Position numbers and translations under genes: made by a program | The notes under the pieces: model-generated | Seen by the model: the letters and a program-made list of their open reading frames with translations, nothing else | Told to the model about the DNA's origin: nothing | The model's database searches: none | NCBI GenBank assembly: GCA_027451365.1 | Contig: DAIDJN010000026.1 | Coordinates: 31,404 to 95,403, forward strand | Direction: 5' to 3' | Origin: Phycisphaerales bacterium | GTDB taxonomy: Bacteria > Planctomycetota > Phycisphaerae > WQYP01 | DNA length: 64,000 nt | In this document: one piece after another, positions 30,596 to 40,330 of the stretch | Position numbering within the stretch: the stretch's first letter is position 1 | Layout of the letters: every line of letters starts with the position of its first letter

Positions 30596-31523
30596 TGGTC
30601 AGGGCGCCAAACACCAGTCCAACCAGACCATTGACCGTCATAAAGGCCAGGTTGACGCGCGAAATATCATTTGGCTTTACCAGTGATTGTTCCAACACAA
30701 GCAGCAAGGCGACCGCCGCCAGGCCAATCCAGAACAGCGGGCCAAGGAGAATCCCCCCCATCCAGCCAGTACCAAAGGCAGTCAGTGCCAATAACGTCAT
30801 CAGATGGCACGACCTGGAGACCCACAATGCCCGGCCAATTCCCAACTTTGCGGGAATGGAAAATAATTTTTCCGCGCGATCTACCTCCATATCCTGAAGC
30901 GCGTAAAGAATATCAAAGCCGACTGTCCAGAAAGTAACCGCCGCACCAAGCCACAGAATTTGCGCATCAATCACCGGTCCATGCGGGGGGACAATCGCTA
31001 TCCAGGCGCTGATCGGTGCCAGCCCCAGCGATGTTCCCAGAAAAAAATGACAGAGCCATGTAAACCGCTTGGTCAGGCTGTAACCGGCAATCCAGACCAG
31101 CACCGGAACCGCCAGAATCAGCGGATAAATGTTATTCAGGAACAGATAAAACAGACCGCTTGCACCCACGAACAAAAGCCCGGTCAAAATCAGTAACCCG
31201 GTCATGAATGGCGCGGATATCTGGCCGGTGACGCTGGGGCGGCGGGCGGTTCGTGGATTGCGCGCATCAAGGTCCCGGTCCGCCAGACGGTTGAAGGTCA
31301 TGGCAAAGGTGCGAGCCGCCACCATGCACAAGACTATCAGCCCCAGGCGCGTCCAGCCCGGCCAGAGAAGTCCGATGCGCCGGGCGGCCAGAAACGTGCC
31401 GATCAGGGCAAATGGCATGGCAAAAATAGAATGCGAAAATTTAATCAGTTCAAGAAACGTTCGCACACGACTGGCCAAAGATAGCCGCTCACCAGTAGGA
31501 ACGGTGCTGGGGGTAATCGTCAC
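30573..31523 (-). CDS. UbiA-family aromatic polyprenyltransferase (4-hydroxybenzoate polyprenyltransferase / MqnP-like)
   Basis: Motifs FNRLADRDLDARNPRTARRP and YALQDMEVDRAEKLFSIPAKLG, plus about 8 TM helices. The longest ORF (ATG 31616) overlaps ubiX by 97 nt. GTG 31523 forms a GTGA start/stop overlap with ubiX and has GGAGG about 9 nt upstream. Confidence 0.85.
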   Translation of the reverse strand: MTITPSTVPTGERLSLASRVRTFLELIKFSHSIFAMPFALIGTFLAARRIGLLWPGWTRLGLIVLCMVAARTFAMTFNRLADRDLDARNPRTARRPSVTGQISAPFMTGLLILTGLLFVGASGLFYLFLNNIYPLILAVPVLVWIAGYSLTKRFTWLCHFFLGTSLGLAPISAWIAIVPPHGPVIDAQILWLGAAVTFWTVGFDILYALQDMEVDRAEKLFSIPAKLGIGRALWVSRSCHLMTLLALTAFGTGWMGGILLGPLFWIGLAAVALLLVLEQSLVKPNDISRVNLAFMTVNGLVGLVFGALTISAVLLH

Positions 31524-32182
31524 GATGTGGAATCCTCCGGTCGCGGATTGGACCTGGCTGGTATGGATGTATCCGCATTCACCGGCGCGCCGGCACCGGC
31601 CCAGCGGATTTTCCACGGGTGTGCCACCTTTAATAGATCCAACACGCGCCCGGCCACCATGGTCACCAGATCATCGATCGACTGCGGATTCATATAAAAT
31701 CCGGGACTGGCTGGACAAATGATGGCACCCGCTTCGGTGGCCTGCACCATATTCCGCAGTTCAATTAATCCCAGCGGCATCTCGCGATGCAGAATAATAA
31801 GCGGACGGCGTTCCTTGAGCACAACCTGCGCGGCGCGGGTAATAAGATTATCGCCGATGCCGTGGGCGATTTGGGCAAGTTTGTTGCTTGAACAGGGCGC
31901 GACCACCATGCCGTACGTCTGGAAAGAACCGGATGCGACACAGGCACCCACATCATTGGCGGGCAAGGAGATTATTTCCCCGCGGGTCGGTTGGTCCAGC
32001 AGCCGCTGGCAGTCCGGGGTTTCCAGGCCAAGCTCATCATGAATCAGGCGACGGCCCGCCGGTGAAATAATCAGATACACGCGGATACCCGGCTGGTTAA
32101 GCCCCTGCAGTATCCGCCGGGCGTAGATGGCACCGGAAGCCCCGGTTACCGCCACAATTATATTTCGCATTTCAGTCGTCAT
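31520..32182 (-). CDS. ubiX: Flavin prenyltransferase UbiX
   Basis: 220 aa. IIVAVTGASGAIYARRIL, APCSSNKLAQIAHGIGDNLITRAA and ILHREMPL are typical of UbiX/Pad1. Confidence 0.9.
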   Translation of the reverse strand: MTTEMRNIIVAVTGASGAIYARRILQGLNQPGIRVYLIISPAGRRLIHDELGLETPDCQRLLDQPTRGEIISLPANDVGACVASGSFQTYGMVVAPCSSNKLAQIAHGIGDNLITRAAQVVLKERRPLIILHREMPLGLIELRNMVQATEAGAIICPASPGFYMNPQSIDDLVTMVAGRVLDLLKVAHPWKIRWAGAGAPVNADTSIPARSNPRPEDSTS

Positions 32183-32197
32183 TATGGCCGTTTCCAG

Positions 32198-32536
32198 TCA
32201 ACTCATGCCAGCTTGTTCAAGTTCTTCTTCTGCGGTAAGTTCGGTTTCCAGAACGCCAAACTGGTTGAACCAGTCGTAAATATGGGGATGATTCAAAAAA
32301 TCATTGCCATATTGCAGTCGCAGCGGACTGGAAAAATCGATTCCGGCACAGTCGCGCAAATGATCCAGCAGTGTCATGCTGGCGAAAAACCAGCCGGGTT
32401 TAATCACGTCCGGCAGACGGGCGCAATAAATCGCGAGATTTTCTGATCCGACCACCTGGCGGCAGCGGCGGCATCGCCAGGAACAGCGGACAATTCGCCG
32501 CATGATCGGTTCAACTTCCTCCGTCCGCTTACGCAT
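32198..32536 (-). CDS. Hypothetical protein between ubiE and ubiX
   Basis: 112-aa ORF, 15 nt upstream of ubiX. The N-terminal third is R/C-rich and may not be translated; an alternative ATG lies at 32377. Acidic C-terminus. No motif recognised. Confidence 0.4.
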   Translation of the reverse strand: MRKRTEEVEPIMRRIVRCSWRCRRCRQVVGSENLAIYCARLPDVIKPGWFFASMTLLDHLRDCAGIDFSSPLRLQYGNDFLNHPHIYDWFNQFGVLETELTAEEELEQAGMS

Positions 32537-33347
32537 GGCGCACCCCGCGGTAGCAATAGCAGACCCCCATGGTTAAACCATGGGCCTGTACGTCCGTCAG
32601 GCCGGCGCTGCGCATGCGGCTGGTCATTTGATCGCAACTGATGAAAGTGTTCACGCTTTCCGGCAGATAGTGATAGGCTCCGCTTTTATCACCGCTTATT
32701 AACGTTGCGGTGCGCGGCAGAACCCGCCGGAAGTAAAAGTTATACAACCCGCGCAGCACGGGGTTGGCCGGCAGGGAAAATTCCAGAATTATCAGACGTC
32801 CGCCTGGCCGCAGAACGCGATAAAATTCATCCACGGCCGCACCCCAGTCGGCGACATTGCGAATGCCGAAGGCAATGGAAACCACATCCACACTTTGGGT
32901 TTGCAGCGGCAGGCGAAGGGCGTCGCCTTCAAAGAACTTTATGCGGCTGGCATTCAGTCCGTGGGCAGTAGCTTTTTTGACCGCCCCCTGCAGCATGGCG
33001 TGGCAAAAATCAATTCCCAGAACCTTGCGCGGTCCGGCGCGTTCAAACGCAAGGGATAAATCGCCGGTGCCGCAGGCAATGTCAGCCACAATTTCAGTGG
33101 GTTGCACACCCGCCAGCCGCACGGCCACTTTGCGCCAATGCTGATCGATCCAGAGGGAATGCAGGTGATTGTTAAGATCATAGGAACCGGCAATGGCGGT
33201 GAACATACGATTTACGCGGGCGGCCTTATCCACAACCAGATGCGGATTGGCCAAATCGCCCTGCGACCAGGCAGGCCCGGCGGCTGGCGCAGCGGGCGAG
33301 CCGATGGGGGTGGAAGATTCAGCAATCGGATGCAGAGTTTCAGTCAT
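32529..33347 (-). CDS. ubiE: Demethylmenaquinone/ubiquinone C-methyltransferase (UbiE/MenG)
   Basis: Motifs VNRMFTAIAGSYDLNNHLHSLWIDQHWRK, VADIACGTGDL and FGIRNV. ATG 33347 chosen; the longest ORF begins at GTG 33362. Confidence 0.9.
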   Translation of the reverse strand: MTETLHPIAESSTPIGSPAAPAAGPAWSQGDLANPHLVVDKAARVNRMFTAIAGSYDLNNHLHSLWIDQHWRKVAVRLAGVQPTEIVADIACGTGDLSLAFERAGPRKVLGIDFCHAMLQGAVKKATAHGLNASRIKFFEGDALRLPLQTQSVDVVSIAFGIRNVADWGAAVDEFYRVLRPGGRLIILEFSLPANPVLRGLYNFYFRRVLPRTATLISGDKSGAYHYLPESVNTFISCDQMTSRMRSAGLTDVQAHGLTMGVCYCYRGVRHA

Positions 33348-33703
33348 GTTGGCGGCCGACACCTTTCATTTTGGCGGTCTATACCCGCAATTCAATTATA
33401 TACCGTTAACGCGGTTCTGGCACATAAACCGGGCGGTAATGGGCAAGGCGGAGTGCAAAAGTATTTTCGGGTGGCTGGGCCACTGAGTCCTGTGCCGGAC
33501 CGGCAACTGGCAGCGCCCCGTTTAGGTTGGTTAAGACCAGGAACACCGATGATATAGCGGAAACACAATACCCTGTCGTGCCGGGCGGCGCAGGCGCAAA
33601 TAACGCCAGGAAAGCCTTTGCCACGCCACAACCCAAGGTGGCTCAGGCTCCGGGCCGGACTTCTGACGGGACAAGCGATGGTTGCGGCCGCCGCATTGAA
33701 GCG

Positions 33704-33738
33704 AAAAAGGGGAACGCGGCTGATCCACGTTCCCCTTT
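33704..33738 (-). terminator. Terminator hairpin downstream of the PEP-CTERM phosphoesterase gene
   Basis: Perfect 11-bp stem (33706-33716 pairs with 33728-33738) with an 11-nt loop. On the minus strand the GGGGAACG/CGTTCCCC core is followed by TTTTTCGC. Confidence 0.6.
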
Positions 33739-33813
33739 GTATTGGTTATCCGCCTGGTCGAAGCCACAAGAGTAAATTCACCAGTAGACCGAACCGCGGC
33801 GGCTGGCGCATTT

Positions 33814-34938
33814 TCAGGCCACGCGACGGCGGCGGAACAGCAGGCACGTCAGGCCGATACCAAACAGACACAATGCCGCGGGTTCCGGCGTAACAGTGGT
33901 GAACTGGCCGTTATTGTAAGCAAGGTCTGAAGCGGTGGCGCTGGCACCGGCGTAACCAGACCCATACATATCTTCAATTGTTCGCAAAAAATTGTAATGA
34001 TTTACATTCTGATTGGATGTGCCGGCCTGAATCAGCGACGGGTCACCTGCCATGACAGTCAGAATCTGGTTGCTGGCTTCCACATAATCGTTTTCATCCC
34101 ACGTCACGATCAGCAGACTGTTGTGAGTTTTGGCCCACGTCACGTAGTTGGCCATCTGGGTTTTAAGAAAATTATCGGTATTGGCGATGCGGACCGCTGT
34201 TGAACTTCCGTCGTGGCCGTCGTCGATGGTGTTGGGAATGACCAGCGAAACCTTCGGCAAACTGGAAAAGTCCGTGCCCTGCCAGTTGACGTTGGTAAAA
34301 GGTTGATCCGCCGACAGCGGCAATTGATTCCCGGTTGGATTGGTGGCCACCCAATTCACCACGGGGTCATGCCGCCGGGCATAACCGGTGGTCATGGCCG
34401 CTCCGGTTGTGGCGTTATCAATGGTGCTGATATTGACATTGCCGTTGGAATCCACCGGCAGGTTCTCCGCATATTGGGTGAAAGACACATTCGCGGCGGC
34501 AAGCTCGGAGCCAAGGTTGGCACCGGTAAACGGAAGACTGGTGAAATTATTGAAATTGGTTGAACTGGGAAACGCATCGCCGCTGTAATTGGCACCGGGG
34601 CCAAAATTCAGCGGATTGGCGGCTGTACCGTTGGCATCGTTTATGCCCTGATTCCCACCGGCAAAAAAATCGAGGTAATTCGGCTGACTGGGATGTTCGA
34701 CACCATGGGAATTGGTGAAAACCAGAGCGCCGTTCAACAGTGTATTGTTGATGTAAGGCGCATCCGTGGTATCGCCAACGACCTGATCATAATTTGCGTT
34801 TTCCTCCATCACGACGACCACATGCGCAGGCTGGGGTATTCCGGCGGGAACCGATGCCCGCGTCTGTGCCGCCAGGCCGCCGACAACGGCAATAGCCGCC
34901 AGCGAAATAAATTGCGGAATGGATTTGCGTAAGCTCAT
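33814..34938 (-). CDS. Phosphoesterase-family protein (PLC / acid phosphatase-like) with a PEP-CTERM anchor
   Basis: Motifs VVVVMEENANYDQVVG and HPSQPNYLDFFAGGNQG. C-terminus VTPEPAALCLFGIGLTCLLFRRRRVA is a PEP-CTERM. Start ATG 34938 (MSLRKSIPQFISLAAIAVVG signal) has AAGGAG upstream. Confidence 0.8.
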   Translation of the reverse strand: MSLRKSIPQFISLAAIAVVGGLAAQTRASVPAGIPQPAHVVVVMEENANYDQVVGDTTDAPYINNTLLNGALVFTNSHGVEHPSQPNYLDFFAGGNQGINDANGTAANPLNFGPGANYSGDAFPSSTNFNNFTSLPFTGANLGSELAAANVSFTQYAENLPVDSNGNVNISTIDNATTGAAMTTGYARRHDPVVNWVATNPTGNQLPLSADQPFTNVNWQGTDFSSLPKVSLVIPNTIDDGHDGSSTAVRIANTDNFLKTQMANYVTWAKTHNSLLIVTWDENDYVEASNQILTVMAGDPSLIQAGTSNQNVNHYNFLRTIEDMYGSGYAGASATASDLAYNNGQFTTVTPEPAALCLFGIGLTCLLFRRRRVA

Positions 34939-35155
34939 AAAAACTCTCCTTGAAAACAACATACCCTTCCGCGGAGGGCAACTGGCTGCCAGTTGCGCCA
35001 AAATCCGGACCGGAAGTTGCATGATGCTCGCATGGGTTTGCTAATCCCTGATGAGCAAATGGTTGGTTAAAATTTAATTTTTAGAGCGCGCCAATTCGAC
35101 ATTGGCAATTGCGGCGAGCCTGTTGCATCGCCTTGAGAAGAAAGGATGCGCCGGT

Positions 35156-35470
35156 TCAGGGCGGCGGCGAATTTAACTTTGGCGACGTCGGAGCCGGAGG
35201 AAGCGGAAACGCCGGTGGCGGCGCGCCATTAATTTCATAATGCCCTTCCGGACCGTAATAAACCGGGCCATAACCCGATTGGCCCAGATACCAACCGCTG
35301 CCCTGCACATATTGCGGTTGCGGGTGTGCGGTCCAGTCCGCAGGTTGCGAACTGCTTGCAGCCTGTTGAGACTGGCAGCCCGCCAGCAGCAGTGTGACTG
35401 AAAACAACACGACAGCCACCATTGAATGGCTGGAACATTGATTTGGCAGGAAAGACGCGTTCGAATTCAT
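35156..35470 (-). CDS. Small Pro/Tyr/Gly-rich lipoprotein
   Basis: Lipobox LLLAGC after a hydrophobic segment. Start ATG 35470 has GGAG upstream. Mature part is QPQYVQGSGWYLGQSGYGPVYYGPEGHY...PPPAFPLPPAP. Confidence 0.6.
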   Translation of the reverse strand: MNSNASFLPNQCSSHSMVAVVLFSVTLLLAGCQSQQAASSSQPADWTAHPQPQYVQGSGWYLGQSGYGPVYYGPEGHYEINGAPPPAFPLPPAPTSPKLNSPPP

Positions 35471-35633
35471 GATCGTCTCCATTTTATTCAGGCATATGAC
35501 ACCCGCCACCGCCGAAGGGATCAGGTCGCCACAAAAACCTGAAAGTCCGGGGTGGCGCTATACCACCCCGGACTTTATTGTAGACAACGGAACCCCGGAA
35601 GTCGCCTGGCCAGATGAGATGACCGGTGCGGAA

Positions 35634-36098
35634 TCAGCGGCGATCGCCACCGCGATGCCAGCCGCCAAATCGCTGGAAGCGACCACCGTCGCGGTCGCCA
35701 CCGCGCCATTGCGGCCGACCGCGCCAGCCGTCACGATCTCCCCAATTCCAGCCTGTATGGAAAACCACCAGCGGTCTGGGTTGATAGTAGACCGGTGCCG
35801 GTGGCGGACAGTAGGCCGGTGGCGAATAGACGGGCTGGGAATAGACCGGTTGAGGCGCCGGCACGTATTGCGGAGCGTAAACCGGTTGAGGCGCCGGCGA
35901 ATAATAGACGGGTGCCGGCGCATAATAAACCGGCGCGGGCCGGAAAATGGGCACGCCGACGTTAATACCGAACCGGAAGCCGTCCGCTTTGGCGGGTGAA
36001 CTGATTGCAACAGCACCGGCGGCCGCCAGACCGATAGCAGCCAATTTCATGCCTGCAAGTTTGCCGCCCATGATTGACGATGTTTTCTGCCAGAACAT
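35634..36098 (-). CDS. Secreted PVYY-repeat protein with an RGG/W-rich tail
   Basis: ATG 36098 has AAGGAG 6 nt upstream. Signal peptide ...MKLAAIGLAAAGAVAISSPAKA. Repeats PAPVYYAPAPVYYSPAPQPVYAPQYVPAPQPVYSQPVYSPP. Tail WRGRPQWRGGDRDGGRFQRFGGWHRGGDRR. Confidence 0.65.
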   Translation of the reverse strand: MFWQKTSSIMGGKLAGMKLAAIGLAAAGAVAISSPAKADGFRFGINVGVPIFRPAPVYYAPAPVYYSPAPQPVYAPQYVPAPQPVYSQPVYSPPAYCPPPAPVYYQPRPLVVFHTGWNWGDRDGWRGRPQWRGGDRDGGRFQRFGGWHRGGDRR

Positions 36099-36441
36099 AA
36101 ATAGCTCCTTTATAAAAAAGCTGTTCCAAACCTCTGGCGAAGGCTGCCGGCCGGTGGCCGGAATTCACTTCAACCTTCCAAGGTATCATACGCACCAATT
36201 TGTTAATAGTTTCAAAATGTTATTATTTTTATTTTGAATTCTTTATACTGTATAAAATTACATAACTTATCGAAAATAATACCCTAAAACGTTAAATATT
36301 ATCGTTTTTATAAATAATAAGAGTGTCGGACATTCAATTTTGTACTGGCGGTTTCGCAACCACGGCGGTTATACTGCCTTTTCAAAAATGTACTGGTCAA
36401 CTGGCGTTAAAGCGAATTAACAGGCTTCGGCAGGAGTTTTT
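36099..36441. promoter_or_regulatory. Divergent intergenic region with a strongly AT-rich core (about 36190-36340)
   Basis: Runs such as ttattatttttattttgaattctttatactgtataaaattacataacttatcgaaaataata stand out in an otherwise GC-rich window. The region lies between divergent genes (the PVYY protein and acs). Confidence 0.45.
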
Positions 36442-38397
36442 ATGAGCACCACCGGCGGCATCGAATCCACACTTCAGGAACAGCGTTCCTTCCCGCCCGC
36501 ACCGGAATTTACTGCACAGGCAACAATTAAAACACAGGCCGAATTTGACCTGCTGTATCGCAAATCAATTGATGATCCGGAGACATTCTGGAAAACGCAG
36601 GCAAACGCGTTGCTTTGGGCAAAACCGTTTGATCGTGTGCTTGATTGGAGCAACCCCCCTTTCGCCCGCTGGTTCATCGGCGGAAAAATGAATATCTCGG
36701 CCAATTGCCTGGATCGGCATATTGCGGCGGGAAAAGGCTCCAAGACCGCTCTGCTATGGGAAGGGGAGCCGGGCGACCGCAAGGCACTGACATACAGCGA
36801 ACTCCACCGCGACGTCTGTCGCCTGGCCAACGCCATGACCACCGCCGGAATTCAAGAAGGCGACCGCGTAGCCATCTACATGCCCATGATTCCCGAAGCG
36901 GTCGTGGCGATGCTGGCATGCGCACGGCTGGGACTGGTGCATACCGTGGTGTTCGGCGGCTTTTCCGCTGAATCGCTGGCGGATCGCGTGAACGACGCCA
37001 AAGCCGTGGCCGTGATTACCGCGGACGGCGGATTCCGCCGGGGCAAAATCGTGGAACTGAAAAAGAATGTGGATGCGGCGCTGCTGAAAACACCTTCGGT
37101 GAAGCATTGCATTGTGGTGAAGCGCACCGGCCAAAGCGTGGAAATGAAAGCGGGACGCGATATCTGGTACGCCGATTTCGTCGCCCGGGCGGACGAAAAC
37201 GCCGCCCCCGCAGCGCTGGACAGTGAACATCCGCTTTTTATTCTGTACACCAGCGGCACCACCGGCAAGCCCAAGGGAGTCGTGCATTCCACGGCCGGTT
37301 ATCTGCTGGGCGCGGCAATGACATGTAAATATATATTCGATTTAAAAGATAATGATGTGTACTGGTGCACCGCGGATATCGGCTGGGTGACCGGACACAG
37401 CTACATGGTGTATGGACCACTGGCGTGCGGGGCCACCGTGGTGATGTATGAAGGCGCGCCAAACCATCCTGATTGCGGCCGATTCTGGGACTTGATTCAA
37501 CGGTATAAAGTCAGCGTGTTTTATACCGCCCCCACGGCCATACGCGCTTTTGTAAAATGGGGCGACGAATACCCCAATCAATACAATCTTAAATCGCTGC
37601 GGCTGCTGGGAACCGTCGGCGAACCGATCAACCCCGAAGCCTGGATGTGGTACCACCGCGTGATTGGCGGCGGGCGATGTCCCATCGTGGACACCTGGTG
37701 GCAGACGGAAACCGGCGCAATCATGTGTTCCCCCATGCCGGGCATTACCGCGACAACCCCCGGCAGCTGCGCGATCCCGTTTTTCGGTGTGGACCTGGCC
37801 GTCGTAGACCGTCAGGGCAATGAGCTTCCCGCCAACACCGGTGGCTATCTGGTGATTCGCAAGCCGTGGCCCAGCATGTTGCGCGGTGTATATGGCGACG
37901 ACCAGCGGTTCCGCCAGCAATATTGGCGGGACATTCCGCCGTTTTATTTCACCGGTGACGGCGCCCGCCGCGATGAAAAAGGTTTTTTCTGGGTCATGGG
38001 CCGCGTGGATGATGTGGTCAATGTTGCCGGCCACCGGCTGGGCACGATGGAAGTGGAAAGTGCCCTGGTCGCGCATGCCAGCGTAGCCGAAGCCGCGGTG
38101 GTGGGCCGGCCCGATGAACTCAAGGGTCAATCGCTTTGCGCGTTTGTGACGCTCAAGGCCGGCCGCGCGCCGGATGACAAGCTTAAGGATGAATTAAAAG
38201 CCTGGGTCACGAAAGAAATAGGCGCGATTGCCCGCCCGGATGAATTGCGTTTCACGGAAGGCCTCCCCAAGACGCGATCGGGCAAAATTATGCGTCGGCT
38301 GTTGCGCGACATTGCCGCCGGTAAAGAGTCCGTTGGAGATACCAGCACGCTTGAAGACTACAGTGTGCTGGCCAGCCTGCGGGCGGACCAGGAATAA
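36442..38397 (+). CDS. acs: Acetyl-CoA synthetase (AMP-forming)
   Basis: 651 aa. Motifs [19 protein letters not shown] and the C-terminal [17 protein letters not shown]. Confidence 0.97.
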   Translation: MSTTGGIESTLQEQRSFPPAPEFTAQATIKTQAEFDLLYRKSIDDPETFWKTQANALLWAKPFDRVLDWSNPPFARWFIGGKMNISANCLDRHIAAGKGSKTALLWEGEPGDRKALTYSELHRDVCRLANAMTTAGIQEGDRVAIYMPMIPEAVVAMLACARLGLVHTVVFGGFSAESLADRVNDAKAVAVITADGGFRRGKIVELKKNVDAALLKTPSVKHCIVVKRTGQSVEMKAGRDIWYADFVARADENAAPAALDSEHPLFILYTSGTTGKPKGVVHSTAGYLLGAAMTCKYIFDLKDNDVYWCTADIGWVTGHSYMVYGPLACGATVVMYEGAPNHPDCGRFWDLIQRYKVSVFYTAPTAIRAFVKWGDEYPNQYNLKSLRLLGTVGEPINPEAWMWYHRVIGGGRCPIVDTWWQTETGAIMCSPMPGITATTPGSCAIPFFGVDLAVVDRQGNELPANTGGYLVIRKPWPSMLRGVYGDDQRFRQQYWRDIPPFYFTGDGARRDEKGFFWVMGRVDDVVNVAGHRLGTMEVESALVAHASVAEAAVVGRPDELKGQSLCAFVTLKAGRAPDDKLKDELKAWVTKEIGAIARPDELRFTEGLPKTRSGKIMRRLLRDIAAGKESVGDTSTLEDYSVLASLRADQE

Positions 38398-38513
38398 GGC
38401 CCTGTTCGCGCCGCGCAGCGCAAGCCGCGGATAAACCGAAATTCAAGCCATATATCACCAGTCAGGCACACGGCAGTGACCACAAAAATATTCGCGCCAT
38501 GCCGCGCGGAATT

Positions 38514-39671
38514 TCAACTTTCCAAAGTCGCCGTCGGCGTTCGGGTACCTGATTGCACAGCCGCCGTGGCTGTGTAGAAATGCCGCAACTTGGTGGACAT
38601 GTAGCCCACCTGGTGAAACGTAAGTTTGGACGTTCGAAAAAGGCGCACGGGCTTTCTCCGCCGCAACGTCATCACCAGCACACGCATTTCCGTTCGCTGT
38701 GTATGCCCTGCGTTGACCGTTTGGACTGTAAAATGGAGAATCTCTTCGGCCGGCCAGCGTTGCGTGCGGCCAAGCGGCCAAGGCCTGATTTTCAGGCTGA
38801 ATTCTTCCGGTGTGGCCACCAGCAGCAGGGTGCGAAACTCTCCAAGAATCAGCAGTCCAAGGCCCGCCGCCGCCACCAGCATCGGTAGAACCATCCAGAT
38901 GAGGAACTTGCCGTGCGGCGAATAATTCAGAAAATAGATGACAGGAACAAGCGAAAACCCGATGAGAATCGATGCCCATCCGCTGGTCGGCATGATCTTT
39001 TTAAGTTCCATTACCAGCAGCCGGTCCGTGGCGACCACAGTTAGGCGCTTATCCGGTGGCGGGGCCGGATAATCCCACAAATCCGCCGCTTCAGCCACGG
39101 GAAGGCCCGCCATGGGAGCCGCCGCACCGGACGCCATGGTGGAATTGATACAATCAACTTGCAGTTCTAAAATTCGCTCGACCGCGGCCCCCATGCTGCG
39201 AAGCGCCGGCTCTGGCCCACGGACAAGAATAAGCGGCTTGCCCGTCGTACGCCTGACCGCGAAAAGCCAATTACCCTTATCATCTGCGGCCGGCGAAAGC
39301 CGCGCGTCAATTAGTTCGTTTCGATCCAGACTGATCGGCTTTCCCCACGCGCGGCTGCCTTGTTTTATGGTCAGAGCCGCAGATCGAATGGTCACAGACA
39401 CCGGTGAGAAGCGCCGCCCCTGGGCTCTGATAATGCTGGCCAAGGCCACTACCAGCACGATGCCGGCCTTTACAATAAAAGCCGTATCTACAATGTGCCT
39501 TTGACTGATAAAAAAGATTCCTGCCGCCAGCGCGAAGTACAGGATTGCATGTTTCATAGGCCCCAATGATTTCCATGGAGATAGAGCCACTTTTTGTGGC
39601 GGAAAAATATATTGCACACCGCCCGGAAATTCCCTTACGCGCACGTCGCTAATAGTCGTATCAGTGGGCAT
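38514..39671 (-). CDS. Membrane protein with an internally duplicated (2 TM + beta-rich) module
   Basis: 385 aa. Two hydrophobic pairs (ILYFALAAGIFFIS/AGIVLVVALASII and ILIGFSLVPVIYFL/IWMVLPMLVAAAGLGLLILG). Each pair is followed by a similar beta-like segment. Confidence 0.65.
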   Translation of the reverse strand: MPTDTTISDVRVREFPGGVQYIFPPQKVALSPWKSLGPMKHAILYFALAAGIFFISQRHIVDTAFIVKAGIVLVVALASIIRAQGRRFSPVSVTIRSAALTIKQGSRAWGKPISLDRNELIDARLSPAADDKGNWLFAVRRTTGKPLILVRGPEPALRSMGAAVERILELQVDCINSTMASGAAAPMAGLPVAEAADLWDYPAPPPDKRLTVVATDRLLVMELKKIMPTSGWASILIGFSLVPVIYFLNYSPHGKFLIWMVLPMLVAAAGLGLLILGEFRTLLLVATPEEFSLKIRPWPLGRTQRWPAEEILHFTVQTVNAGHTQRTEMRVLVMTLRRRKPVRLFRTSKLTFHQVGYMSTKLRHFYTATAAVQSGTRTPTATLES

Positions 39672-40330
39672 GCGAATTCCTCGGTCGACCCAAAATATTT
39701 GTGTTACCGGAAGCGGCCACTTTATCCCGCTTCACCGCGCCGCACAACCACACAAACGCGCACCTGACCGAGGCACCAAGCTGCGATGCAAATAGCGCGG
39801 AAACAATCTTGACGGTATCACTGATTTTGCGGATCCGCCTGGACTGGGCAATTTTTCATGGCCGCCTTGTTGCTGAGCTGCGTGAGCCGCAATGGCCAGG
39901 GAGTTCGCAGTTCATGTACAACGGCTGGAACCCCCAATAAAAGGCCGAATTTATGGCAAAATCTACCGAAGTAAATGTATCACGGTGAGGCGAGAGGAGT
40001 ATACTTTAATGCCAGTTCGGGCACTATGCAGGCATATCTTTCGATGGTTGCACAGTCGCACAAAACCCGAACAGAATTATTCCGCTTTTACGAATAAAAT
40101 CATAAACAAACGCCCCATAAACGAAAAATTGTCGATTTGCCGCTGAACCTCTAAAGTTTTTGCATCAATTGCAATATCGAAGCGTTAGAATCGGGGGAAG
40201 GGAGTTAATTCCCGGTAACCGAAACACTGAATCGGGTGTAGTACCAGACAGTGATAAAAATTTAGCTCGTAGCTGGCTGTGTGGGCCGGCTCGAGTGAAG
40301 CGAAAAATGATTGGATTCATGGAGAGCCTT

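Noticed and set aside
35469-35999. 176-aa plus-strand ORF opposite the PVYY-repeat gene
   Set aside because: The minus-strand ORF has AAGGAG plus ATG and a signal peptide. The plus-strand translation is Arg-rich (RLRRRHVLRSVNRLRRRRI), which is typical of a shadow frame.
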